Shown here: positions 13,549 to 24,925 of the stretch, piece by piece | Layout: each line of letters begins with the position of its first letter | Position numbering within the stretch: the stretch's first letter is position 1 | Origin: Somniosus microcephalus | Lineage: Eukaryota | Length of the DNA: 64,000 bases | NCBI GenBank assembly: GCA_052327205.1 | Contig: CM126225.1 | Span: forward strand, 11,346,001 to 11,410,000 | Direction of reading: 5' to 3' | Translations under genes and position numbers: made by a program | The notes under the pieces: model-generated | What the model saw: the letters and a program-made list of their open reading frames with translations, nothing else | Database searches by the model: none | What the model was told of the DNA's origin: nothing

Positions 13549-13777
13549 TGACATGAATCTTGTCAGTCATGTGAAAATGACTTATGAAATAATACTGGGT
13601 GGCCTGCTGGTGGCGCTGTCCAGGGAGAGTATAAATACTCGGGCATGGGCCCAGCTTGCTCAGGACATTCTTTAACAGGAACTAGTGAAGGACACAACTA
13701 GATCTCCATGTTGAAAAACAGTTGATTAAAGCCTTGTTTAATACTTAGACCAAGTGCCCAGTAGTTTTCTTACGGCA
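13549..13777 (+). mobile_element. Solo LTR, ~229-bp family
   Basis: TG...CA ends, TSD AACAT/AACAT, internal TATAAA and ATTAAA; homologous to 31261-31487 and 33807-34035. Confidence 0.85.
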
Positions 13778-14079
13778 AACATCATGTTTGCTCACTGGGG
13801 CCTACTGATGAGTCCAGGTAGTTATGGTGGGCAGAGATTGTCAATGTTGTCTGCAGTAGGTCAATCCAAAACTGCTACATAAGGGGGACGTGAGTGTTAA
13901 GTCTGTGTGTTATATTGCGAATTACTACACAGACCACAAGAGTAAACTTTAACAGGACTTTACTGGTTGAAGGTCAGGGCGGAACTGCCCAATAAATCAT
14001 TACACAGCACTTATATACTGGTGTGGTCACCACCGGTATTACAGTATACAGCAGCCAAGATAAAGTAGTGCAACTCTTA

Positions 14080-14768
14080 GGCCTAGAAATTCACTGGCCT
14101 TAGCGCCACTTTTGAGGCGCTAGAGGGCCTAGCGCCGAAGTTATGGCCAGTTTAGAAATTGACAGGGGCCCTAAATCGGCGTTAGGCCGGTAGCGCTGCA
14201 CCGGCACCGATGACGTCATCGGTGTGCGCAGCGTCCCGGTTGCCATGGTAACCCGCCCGAACTCGGAAATTGAGTTGCGGCCGCCTCGCCCGTGGCAGCC
14301 GCAAGCAACGTTCTGGCAGAGGTGCCTTCCAGAACTTTGCGCCGGCGCATTAAAGGCCCCGCGGCGGCCGGCCGCTTTCCCGCCGGCCGCCTGGCCGCAG
14401 CTCCCTCCCCGGACTTCCCCCCCCCGCCCCCCCGGAACAGAAGCAAGCCCGGCACTTGTCCGAGGTGCCGGGCTCATTTTTAAAAAGATTATCGCGGGCC
14501 GCGGCCGGGTGCAGGCAGCTCCTCCTTAACGGAAGGAGGAGGCCTGCACTTCCCGAGCCTGCCGCACCACAGCGGGCGCCGCAGCGCCGGAATAGCGCTG
14601 CAATGCGGCGCGTGGCGCCAGTTTTGAGGCGCTGAGACCCCTCAGTAGCGCCAGCAGCCGTTTGGGCGCGGCGCTACTGAATTTTTGGCGCGCGCGCAGG
14701 GGGACTTAGCGCCGGCACTAACTTCCGGCGCTAAAGCCCTCGCTGCGCCAAAACCGAATTTCTAGGCC
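14080..14768. mobile_element. PIF/Harbinger-like MITE inserted into the 3' LTR of copy 1
   Basis: Perfect TIRs GGCCTAGAAATTC...GAATTTCTAGGCC; TTA duplicated on both sides; the other LTR shows the empty site (actctta|aaatag). Confidence 0.92.
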
Positions 14769-14923
14769 TTAAAATAGTTCCCTTAAAGGTAGAACGGTTC
14801 TCTTAAAGGTGGAACGGTTACATACACTACAATCCTCCCTTTTTAGCTTAACAGTATATGTTCCCCATTAAACATAACATCATAACATATATACACAACT
14901 TCATGTGAAAACAGTTCACAGAT

Positions 14924-17830
14924 TCAGTCTCTGCGGTGGCGCCTCCTGCGCTTCCTGATTCGGTCCGGATAACGCCTCGGTGGTGTAGTAGTTTTCGATG
15001 GTGTAGTAGGTTCTTGTTGCTGGGGTGACTCATCTAATAGTCCTTCACTGGACTTAACAGCTTGAACTTCTGTAGCTTCAGAACCAGCTTGAACTTCCGT
15101 AACTTCAGAACCAGCATTGCTGACTTCTAAAAGCTCGAGTACCTTGGGAAGTTTTTCTACTTCCAAACTGATTTGACTCAGTTCGGAGGGACCACGTGCG
15201 TGACCTGGTAGAGGTGATAATGGTTCAGATGGGTCATCATCTTCTGCTTCGTCTTTTCCTTTTCTGCTTCTTGGAGACTCTCTGGGCTCCACTCCCAGCT
15301 GCATGCACAGTTCCTCCTCCTCTTCCTCCTGTTGCCATAGTAGCGCCACCATCTCCCGGTGTTTCTTAGACTTTTCGTGATTCTTCATGGTTTTTGCACT
15401 TTGGAAGATTTCCCCACAAGCTGGGCAGAACAGGTCATGGTAATATTCGGTGTCGTCCTGAACTAGGCCAGCGAGAGGGTCTTCTATTTCCTCCATGCCC
15501 AGCTGGACGTTAGCCAGCTTTTGTTCCAAATCCAGACATCTCTCCTGAAGAGACTTCTTCATGTGTTCAGCTTCATCCAGCTTTTTCTGGGCTTCCTGCA
15601 AGTCTTTTACTAATGACATCATTTGTGATTTCAATACTTCAACTTCATTCGGAGATTGATTGATCGGACTAGTCAATCCCTCTACTGGAGCAGCTGTTTC
15701 AGCATTCTGTTGTTCTACATTGACGTGAGTCAGCGTACTCTTGGCATCCAAGGGCTGCTCTGCTGCAATCTTCTCAGTCTGTGTTGCAACCTCAGCTATT
15801 TCAATAACTTTTGAGAGCTCCGAACCCCTTTCCTTTGAAGATTGAAGCTCGTGTTCAAGTTTTTCCCATTTCAGAGTCTTGTCCCTCAGCATATGAAGGA
15901 GTTGGCTGACCGTTAACTCTTCTGACATCAGACGTTTCCCAGTATCGTCGTCATGTGTTTTTGACGTATAGGCTGCAGGGCTGTTTGTAACCTTGCACTG
16001 GGGCTCCTTTGCTACTTTTAATTCGCCATCAACCGCAGCCTCCACCATTCGAATTTCAACAAATGAATCGTCCGGTGATGCTGCACCCAACTTCAGTAGG
16101 AGCTCGGAATTCATGGCAACCAAATCAGCCTTTTCTGCCTGCAACCTGCTAACAAGCGCCTTCAGTTGCTGAACATCTTGCTCCACCAGATTAGAGCACG
16201 CACCTTCAGAAACCGAATCAGCTTTGATTCGTTTGGCCTCCTCGCGCAGACGGTTTGTGTGTTCCTGCTCCATTTTCTCCATCAGCTGCTTCTGCTGTCT
16301 TTCCAGATTCTCCCACTCTGTGTCAAAGAACTTTTTCGTTGCATTCATCTCTTGCTCAAAACGGCGAATCATTTGTTCTAATTGCTGTTGTAGTTTGAAT
16401 TGGAGTTGAGTTCGAGCCCGGTGTTCCTCAGAAATGTGCATGTCTGTAGACTGGACAGACTCAGAATTCTCTGTCAAACTATGTTGTTGTTGTTCAGTGG
16501 AATTCTGTTCTGATACTTTGTTCTCCTCTGAAGCATAAGCATTTATGCACTCCTTCGTTTCTCCATCATTAGTCTGCAAGTCCATTTTAGACTTGTCTTT
16601 TGCACATGGGCTGGTCTTACCATCATCAGTTCCAGAGTCTGAGCTGATTGTCTTCACCGAGTTCTCACTCTTTATTGCTTTTAGGGAGTGCCAGTCCATA
16701 TTTATTTTCCTGATCCACTCCCGTCCCAGAAGTGGTGGACCTCCCTCAGGTAGTACATATAAGTCCATTCCTTGGTGTTCTTTGCCCTTGTGTCTCACCT
16801 TGACTTTTATCTTTCCGATGGGGTATACTCTTTGCCCCGTGTATGTCTGCAATACAATCTTGGTATCTCTCAAGGGTATATGTGAGAATAGCCGCTTGTA
16901 GTCCCTTCGGTTTATGACTGTTAGGGCTGATCCTGTGTCCAATTCCATTTTCACGTGGACTCCGGCTATCTTGAGCGTGACCCAGATAGTTTGTAGGTCA
17001 GCTTCCTTACTCACATTGTGAATTCTCAGACTACCCAGTTCCTGGCTGTTGGAGTCTGAATCCGAATTCTGTTCATCCGAACTCTTCTCAGCCACCTTAT
17101 TTACCTTTCTGCACTTTTCCTGCGGTGACTTTTTGTTGCTGGTCTTCTTACCTGACCGGCATACGTTAGCTATGTGACCAAGCTTGCCACATTTTCTACA
17201 TTCCTGGTTTTTAAACCAGCATTGGTTCTGATCGTGTGTTGTCTTTCCACAACGATAACATTTCGTTGTACCCAAAGCCATTTGATCTACGCCGAGTACC
17301 GCGGCCTTCAGCTGCATTTCCGCCGTGCCTCTCGCTGCGGCTTCGTGCGATGCTGCAATAGAGACAGCCTTATCAAGTGTAAGATCATTCTCTTTGAGCA
17401 GTCGCTTTTGTGTTCCTTCCTTTGCCAACCCACACACGAACTTGTCTCTCAGTGCCTCTGTCAGATTTTCCCCAAACTGACAGTATTTCGCTAGCCTACG
17501 CAGTTCAACCAAGTACTCCGCGTTGCTTTCCTCTTTCAGTTGCGTTCTCGCATAAAATTTAAATCGTTCTGCTAACATCAGCGGTGTGGGGTTCAAATGA
17601 TCCTTCAGGACAGCAACAATATTAGCGAAAGTCTGATCCGCCGGTTTAGCTGGTGATAGAAGATGCTTCAATAGCCCGTATGTCTTCGCACCCATTGAGT
17701 TTAGTAAGGTTAGTGCTTTATCATCATTTGATATTTTATTTGCCTTACAATATATCTCTATGCGTTCTACATACGTGGCCCAATCTTCCACATCGGGATC
17801 GAAATCGTTGATGTTACCACGCTTAGGCAT
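14924..17830 (-). CDS. 968-aa chimeric ORF: Gag + 2 CCHC knuckles + aspartic protease, fused to STK10/SLK-, OPTN- and DNAJC21-like segments
   Basis: Gag motifs ([19 protein letters not shown]), [14 protein letters not shown] and [14 protein letters not shown] knuckles, protease ELDTGSA...LLGREW; no YxDD RT, RNase H or DDE integrase motifs; C-terminal half matches recalled host protein sequences. Confidence 0.9.
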   Translation of the reverse strand: MPKRGNINDFDPDVEDWATYVERIEIYCKANKISNDDKALTLLNSMGAKTYGLLKHLLSPAKPADQTFANIVAVLKDHLNPTPLMLAERFKFYARTQLKEESNAEYLVELRRLAKYCQFGENLTEALRDKFVCGLAKEGTQKRLLKENDLTLDKAVSIAASHEAAARGTAEMQLKAAVLGVDQMALGTTKCYRCGKTTHDQNQCWFKNQECRKCGKLGHIANVCRSGKKTSNKKSPQEKCRKVNKVAEKSSDEQNSDSDSNSQELGSLRIHNVSKEADLQTIWVTLKIAGVHVKMELDTGSALTVINRRDYKRLFSHIPLRDTKIVLQTYTGQRVYPIGKIKVKVRHKGKEHQGMDLYVLPEGGPPLLGREWIRKINMDWHSLKAIKSENSVKTISSDSGTDDGKTSPCAKDKSKMDLQTNDGETKECINAYASEENKVSEQNSTEQQQHSLTENSESVQSTDMHISEEHRARTQLQFKLQQQLEQMIRRFEQEMNATKKFFDTEWENLERQQKQLMEKMEQEHTNRLREEAKRIKADSVSEGACSNLVEQDVQQLKALVSRLQAEKADLVAMNSELLLKLGAASPDDSFVEIRMVEAAVDGELKVAKEPQCKVTNSPAAYTSKTHDDDTGKRLMSEELTVSQLLHMLRDKTLKWEKLEHELQSSKERGSELSKVIEIAEVATQTEKIAAEQPLDAKSTLTHVNVEQQNAETAAPVEGLTSPINQSPNEVEVLKSQMMSLVKDLQEAQKKLDEAEHMKKSLQERCLDLEQKLANVQLGMEEIEDPLAGLVQDDTEYYHDLFCPACGEIFQSAKTMKNHEKSKKHREMVALLWQQEEEEEELCMQLGVEPRESPRSRKGKDEAEDDDPSEPLSPLPGHARGPSELSQISLEVEKLPKVLELLEVSNAGSEVTEVQAGSEATEVQAVKSSEGLLDESPQQQEPTTPSKTTTPPRRYPDRIRKRRRRHRRD

Positions 17831-18224
17831 CTTCGCAATCTTTTTTTTTTGAGAAACAACGACGAAATTTTTCTTTAACTTTTTTTTTCAAAAAAAAATG
17901 GCGGTTTCCCGCGCTTATCTTCTTCCCCGCCTCCGAGAATGGCGGTTTCCCGCGCTTGACTTCTTCCCCGCCTAAATGGCGGCTTCCCGCGTTTCTTCCT
18001 CTGGCGGGAGGTGTAAAGCTTTGCCCTCGGGCGACGACCGCTGGCTTTCGGGGTTCGCAGCCTGCGCGCCGGCTTCAGTTTATTCTGAAAGCGCGAGAAC
18101 AGCTGATTGAGTTCCTTGTTCCCTTTCCCGACAGGGGCAACCGGGCGCTGGGGACAACCAGTTGGCGGCGGACAGTTCCAGCTCTTGGTCCTTTGCGGAA
18201 AGCTGCTGTAAGCCGCTGGGCGGA

Positions 18225-18500
18225 AATCTCGCTCGGTCTCCCTCGCTCGGTCCCGTTCTCCCTCGCTCGCTCGGTCTCCCTCGCTTGCACGGTCTCCCTC
18301 GCTCGCTTGGTCCCGTTCTCCCTCGCTCGCTCGGTCTCCCTCGCTCGCACGGTCTCGTTCTCCCTCACTCGCTCGGTCTCCCTCGCTCGCTTGGTCCCGT
18401 TCTCCCTCGCTCGCTCGGTCTCCCTCGCTCGCACGGTCTCGTTCTCCCTCACTCGCTCGGTCTCGTTCTCCCTCGCTCGCTCGGTCTGTCTCTCCCGCTC
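18225..18500. repeat. CT-rich tandem repeat expansion (ctccctcgctcgc(t/a)cggt units) in the 5' leader of LTR copy 1
   Basis: Visible tandem units; much shorter in the equivalent region of copy 2. Confidence 0.85.
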
Positions 18501-19660
18501 GCTCGGGCTCTGTCTCTCCCGCTGGCTGTAACAGCGATTGCCGTATTGCTGCATTCGCCCTCCCCAGCGGTTTTCAATCGTGCCTCCCAGCCCTCTTGCA
18601 GTCCGGTCCTTTCTCCCCCGGCTGCGGCTGAGTTCTCCGCGTTTTTTTATTTTTTTTATTTTCTCCCGCGTCTTACGATCCCGGTCGCTGCGCCACGTGG
18701 CCTCGGTAGCTGCCCGGCCTTTTTCACCGGTCGCGGTCGAGCTGTCTCTCGATGCTGTTGCGTCTCCCAGCCCACTTGTAGCCCGGTCTCTCACACCGGC
18801 TGCGTTCCTTCACCGCGGCTTCCGTGCCCTACGCTGCCCCAGTCTCAGCGCCTCTGGCCCCGACTTCTGTCCGGCTCCTTTCCCCGGCCGTGGTCGAGTT
18901 CTCCGCCCTTATATCCTCCGTTTTTTTTTATTTTCTCCCCTACTCACAGTCAACGTGGCCGACTTGCTTCTCGTCGCTGATCGGCTCACCCACCACCGTG
19001 ATAGAAGGGACGATCACTGCCTGTTGCTGATGGAAGGCTTCGTGTCAGAATTCTTCCTTCTTCCTTTGCTCTGCAGACTCGAGTCTTCTCTCAGCAGAAT
19101 GACGAGGGCGGATGCCTCTTCTCGACGCCCGTTAAACTGCCTTGGATGTATCTCTGCCGCAGGGTAAGATCGAACTCGTCACCACTGTTAAGTCTGTGTG
19201 TTATATTGCGAATTACTACACAGACCACAAGAGTAAACTTTAACAGGACTTTACTGGTTGAAGGTCAGGGCGGAACTGCCCAATAAATCATTACACAGCA
19301 CTTATATACTGGTGTGGTCACCACCGGTATTACAGTATACAGCAGCCAAGATAAAGTAGTGCAACTCTTAAAATAGTTCCCTTAAAGGTAGAACGGTTCT
19401 CTTAAAAGTGGAACGGTTACATACACTACAGTGAGCCTTAATTTGTTGAATTTAGCGCCACCTCCTTTTTTGAGCAGCTGACAAGAGACCCAGTCTGCCT
19501 CTGATAACTCCTCGTGCTGCACCCTGTTGTGCTACCAGCTCTCACCCTGTTCCCTTCGGCGAGGCCCCATTAGGAAGGGGTTAAAGACCACTTTAAAGTG
19601 GTCCGGTTGACCGGTTTACCCACCATGAATTTGCCAACAAAATATCACCCAAAGTACATT

Positions 19661-20424
19661 GGCCCAGAAACTCGGGTCTCCCCGGGTGAGTACGCACGGG
19701 GTACTCACCCGTTGGCCCGATGGAAGTGTCGGTTTCCTGCATGCACTGCGCATGCGCGGGAAACCGGCACTTCCGTTCCTCTGAACGAAGGGGTTCAGAG
19801 GTCGAACGCGTGCGCGGGGGAGGCTGCGCGTGCGCATCAAACTTACGTTTTTTTTACAGGTTTTCCCGGGAGGGTAAGCCTGCAGAAGTTAGAAATGTAA
19901 AAAGCAGGCGTAAGGCCTGCTTTTTATAAGGTAAGTGGTGAATTAGTTAAAATTAAAACATTTTTTCCACAGGTTTGTTATTTTTAAATACTTTAAAGCA
20001 AGGTAAGTTTATTTTTAGCCCCGTTAGAATATAAAATTATTTTTTTCAAAAATTTAAATTATTGTTTAAAATAGTTGTTTCATGTAATTTATAGTTTATT
20101 TTAAAAATGTAATTAAAAAAAAAATTTATTTGAAGGTTTAGTGCTATTTTGGGGCCGTAGTATTTATAAGTCTTGACAGCACTTTCTGTCAGACTTATGA
20201 ATGGAGCATTCCCTGCTCCGATTGGCTCCCCATGGCCCACGTGATCCCAGGGGACGCATCGAACTAACTGCGCCCCTGGGATACGCAAGCACTGCGCGCC
20301 GGCAGCTGGACCAGGCCCTGGATCAGAATTCCACGGGGCCCTACAGCACAACGGCCGGCGCGCTAGGTAAGTGCAGATCGGGGGCTTGCACCCGCGGGAA
20401 GCACCCGACCCGAATCTCTGAGCC
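19661..20424. mobile_element. PIF/Harbinger-like MITE
   Basis: Imperfect TIRs GGCCCAGAAACTCGGGTC...GACCCGAATCTCTGAGCC; ATT on both sides; GC-rich arms around an AT-rich core. Confidence 0.75.
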
Positions 20425-21884
20425 ATTATCTATCAAATTATAAACAAGATATCAATCGGACTCTCTGGGGTGGATTCTGAATGCCCTCTCCTGGTGTTAA
20501 CGGGGCGGTAACCACCTCAGAAATGGAGTTAGTAGCCTTACCGCCCCCCGTTAACATCGGCGATGTGGCCAGCGCCATTTCAAAAGGAGCCTACTGCCAG
20601 GTGTCCAAAGCGCCCGCCTGATTCAGACAATAGGCCCCTTTTAATATGGGGATTGGGATCCTATGACACAAATCGGAGCCCGATTGCCATTTTAGGTCGG
20701 AACTGGTCAGGGCCTGCGTGCGCAGACTCCCACCAGTTCCACACGTGATGGGAGAGAAGAGGCCCGGCCAAAGGTAAGTCTTGAATCATTTCTGTGGGGC
20801 CGGAGGAGCAGGAGTGAACCTCTGGTCCCACAAAAATAACCTGGGGCCGCTGCCACCCTGGGACCCCCCACCCTCCACCCATTGTGACTCCCCCCCCCAT
20901 CCTCTGCATGACCTGCCTTGCTGGTGGTAGCGCTGGCCCGATTTTCAGGCTTCAGCCTGATGAGCTGGATCGAGGCGCCTGCAGCTCGACTGCTGAATTT
21001 GAAAGAGGCCGGAGCCTCAAAATCACGGGGGCCTCTTCGCTGCTGGAATGGGTGGCCAATCAAAGATCAAAATCTACCCCTCTCTCTCTCTCTCTTTCTC
21101 TCTATGAGATAGCGCCCCTCCAGCACTAGACTGCAAATACTTCCAGGGAGTGAGATGTGGCTATCTGGTTCCACACTTCTGATAGAATGCATGATGTGTT
21201 CATGCTATATCACCACGCAATCCTTTTTCTCAGTTCTCTACCTCCTTCCTGTACATCCGTTGGCTTTTCCTCCTTTACATTTTTCATCTTTTTGGTGCTT
21301 TTTAAAAAAATGATGTTCATCACAATGAAAGGTGTCGAGGTTTTGGCACCCAGGGTTAGAGTCAAACACGCCGAGATCAGGAAGCACACGGCCAAAACAC
21401 ACAGAGTAACACTGACCCCCCAACGATGTGCTTTAACCCCTTGCTCCTCAGAAGAGTATCCACTATTGAACCAGAGTGGACGTTCCGATTTTCTGCACCA
21501 GCAATCATTACAGCCCGAAAGAAAGTGCCAATTAGTGCCAGATGGAAGGCAATTTTCAGCTGTGGCCTACAGCCAGCAAATTTCATACTATAAATATGGT
21601 TGGATTTTAGTCCAGATACAAAAGGTGCTAAACAACTGTGCCATCTCGTCCCCATTTCCTCTTCAGTTCAGTCAGCTCTCCCCTCCTTAAAAGCCTGGTT
21701 AGTAGCATTACTGTGTCAGCTTCTGAGTGCAATAAGAATGCGCCATTCAATTAGGAACTAGAGAGAACTACAATGATCCCTCGCAACAGGAGAACATAGC
21801 ACATGGAGGCCAGTCGTGATGGCAGAGTGAATAAAACAGGAGTCCTCCCTGACCCAAGATAAAGTTCAAGCCCCGTAAAAGTCA

Positions 21885-22013
<129 letters not shown>

Positions 22014-23122
22014 TCACACAAGAAACAGGCCAGCCGATGGGATGAGATTCCAGCCGGGAACTCACACCCGGGTATCCGCTATTGCGTGCATGACCTTTTT
22101 TGAGCCCCTCAATTAGATTCCAGACTGTAATTTAAACCCTTTTATTCTACATCGAAAGCATCCAATAAATCAGATTCTATAAATCAGTCTCGGGTATCTG
22201 TTATTTTACATATAAACCATTTCAATTCTTCAATTAGCTTTTAGCTTGCAACTCACTCCCAGTTATCTGATTTCTATATACAAACCCGCAATGTACTCTG
22301 AAATATCTCGCCGGGTTCTCCGGTAACTCCACTTTTCTGCTCATTGTAACATTTTATGATGATAGCCGATTTACACAAAAATATTTCTTATTGTAAATTG
22401 TGTTATAAAATAAATAATAGTTTATTAATTAGTAAAAGGTCTCCATCTAACTCCCTGAAGTCAGTTTAAAAATCGGGATTAATTAGTTTTGGTACTTTAA
22501 AAATATCATGATCTTGGAAAGTAAAAAAAGATCCCATGGCACTTTTTCGAAGAAGAGCAGGGGAGTTCTTCCTGGTGTCCTGGCCAAAATTTATATCTCA
22601 AACAACATCACTTAAAAAAAAACGGAATTATCTGGTCAGTTATCTCATTGCTGTTTGTGGGAGTTTGCTGTGCACAAATTGGCTGCCGCGTTTCCTACAT
22701 TACAACAGTGACTACACTTCAAAGTATTTAATTGGCTGTAAAGCGCTTTGGGATGTCCTGAGGTCGTGAAAGGCGCTATAGAAATGCAAGTTCTTTCTTT
22801 CTTTTATGATAATGCTGAGTGGGTATTTATTGTGTGGCTATTCGCCATGCCAGTGAGTACCCTAAAAAATCTCCTGATCTATCCGGGAGCATCAGGAATC
22901 ACCTGTGCCGGGTCTTGATTCCCAATATTGTCCTGTCCTGAGCAGTGCACTCATGAGGTTTCCTTGCGACACAGGGGATCGGGCCAAGGACAGGCGATCA
23001 GGATCTCCCTGGAGATTTGCAAAGTATGTGATTAAACCATTCCAATTCAACTTGTGCCAAAATATTTAGTGGCATGGCTAAAATAATGACAAAAAATGAT
23101 TGTTATGCCCTTGGAAATCAAT

Positions 23123-23774
23123 GGCCTAGAAATTCAGTGGTGCCCCGTTTGGGGCGCCAGCCTCGCCAGGGCGCTAAAAGTAGCGCCCCGGAAGTAGTCG
23201 CGGCCGCCCGCCGGAAATTGACTTTGCGCACCCCAGAGGGAAGCACGGCGCTACTCGAGGCGCCCCGCATCCCTCTTGGGGCGCTGCAACTCAATATCGT
23301 TGCGCAACGTGCCGCAGCACCACACGCTGCAGCACGGCGCGCTGCGGTACTGCAGGCCTTCCTCCCCTTCTTAAAGGGGAGGGGCCTGCTGGAGCGCGAT
23401 CAAAGATCGCGAGTGCCGGCAAAAGAGCCCGGCACCGAGGAGAAGTGCCGGGCTCTTGGAACACAGCCGGCACTCCACGGGGGGGAGCTCAGGAGGCCGG
23501 GGACGGCTGCGTGGAGAGGTGCTGGCAGGCGGCCAGCAAAATAAATGGCCACCCTGCAGGCGTTAAAGCAGGGGGCGCAACTAAATTTTGTGATCGGGGC
23601 AGTAGCGGGGCGCTGCGCACACCAATGACGTCATCGGTGGCGGCGCAGCGCTAACGGCTAGCGCCGCCATTAGCGTACTGCTAAATTTAGTGGGAGGCGT
23701 GGCCAGTGGCGTCCAACCCACTAAGTGCCCTCTTAAGGCGCTAACGGGTGGCGCAGCCCACTGAATTTCTGTCA
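23123..23774. mobile_element. PIF/Harbinger-like MITE related to 14080-14768
   Basis: Starts GGCCTAGAAATTC, ends GAATTTCTG; shares the internal atgacgtcatcggt motif and GCGCTA motifs. Confidence 0.7.
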
Positions 23775-24084
23775 TAATCACCAGAATACACTTAATAATT
23801 ATCATGTTACAAATTGCTTGCTGGGGACATTAAAGCATCCTTTAGTGGAAGAATTGGAGTAAAGTAGGCAGCAATTGTCTCTGGTTAATTTACTGGTTGA
23901 TTCTAGAGTTGAATTACTCCAAGCAGAAACATAGATAATGCCGATGTTTTGGCCTTTACCAATATGGTGCACGACTAGCTCGTAATAAGCGCGCACTTCC
24001 TGCCCACCATATTGGAGGCTTAGAAGGCCGTTTAGCGCCAGAAAAACGGGTGCTGTGCCCAAATTTCCAGTTGTTCTAGAAAAT

Positions 24085-24545
24085 TAAGAACATAAGAAAT
24101 AGGAGCTGGAGTAGGCCATTTGGCCCATTCAATAAGATCATGGCTGATCTTCTACCTCATCTCCACTTTCCTGAACTATCTCCATATCCCTTGATTCCTT
24201 TAATATTCAAAAATCTATCGATCTCTGTCTTGAATATACTCAACGACTGAGCCTCCACAGCCCTCTGGGGTAGAGAATTCCAAAGATTCACCACCTTCTG
24301 AGTGAAGAAATTTCTCCTCATCTCAGTCCTGAATGGCCGACCCCTTATCCTGAGACTGTGACCCCTGGTTCTAGACTCCCCAGCCAGGGGAAATATCCTC
24401 CCTGCATCTACCCTGTCAAGCCCTGTAAAAATGTTGCATGTTTCAATGAGATCACCTCTCATTCTTCTAAACTCCAGAGAATATATGCCTAGTCTACTCA
24501 ATCTCTCCTCACAGGACAACCCTCTCATCGCAGGAATCAATCCTT
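24085..24545 (-). mobile_element. CR1 LINE 3' fragment
   Basis: ORF 24157..24540 is a CR1 RT C-terminus. Confidence 0.9.
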
Positions 24546-24925
24546 CATAAAGATCGTATAGCCTGGAATATTTAGCACCTGATCAGGCTCAGGTTGTAAC
24601 CAGGTCTCTGTAATGGCTACAACATCAGATTGCACAGTTGTCAAGTAATCATTAAAATACAAAAGTAACAATTAGCTCATGGCCATTTGTGTTTTTACAT
24701 CTTCTGCTTTTAATCTAATTGAAGGATTAAGCATTAATCACAAACCATCAGTAGAAACTGACCTGACCCTGCACTTCATTAATTATGTTTCACTGCTGGG
24801 AAAAAAGCATTGCTCTCCAAATCACTTCTCCTTTACAACATTCAGGAACAGATGTACACCGCTAATCATCGCGTGTTGGCTGACTTTTTTTTAATTGTTA
24901 ATTTTCTCCCTTCCACTGTTCCACA

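Larger units (their letters stand above)
13895..19430 (-). mobile_element. Non-autonomous Ty3/Gypsy (Mag-like) LTR retrotransposon, copy 1
   Basis: TG...CA LTRs at 19186-19430 and 13895-14831 (both 245 bp once the MITE is removed; 1 mismatch seen); TSD GTGAG on both sides; PBS TGGTGACGAG at 19175-19184; PPT AAAAAGGGAGGA at about 14833-14844. Confidence 0.95.

Noticed and set aside
15250-16429. Genuine OPTN, STK10/SLK or DNAJC21 loci, or L1-type processed pseudogenes
   Set aside because: Only partial internal fragments, fused in frame inside an LTR element, with no polyA tail or TSD of their own
14924-17830. Domesticated Gag-derived host gene (PNMA/Arc/RTL-like)
   Set aside because: Near-identical LTRs, PBS, PPT, TSD and a second independent insertion show it is a mobile element
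17956-19167. Several 190-270 aa ORFs (RE-, SL- and PR-rich) on both strands
   Set aside because: Products of a GC-rich leader and a tandem repeat; frames are not conserved in copy 2
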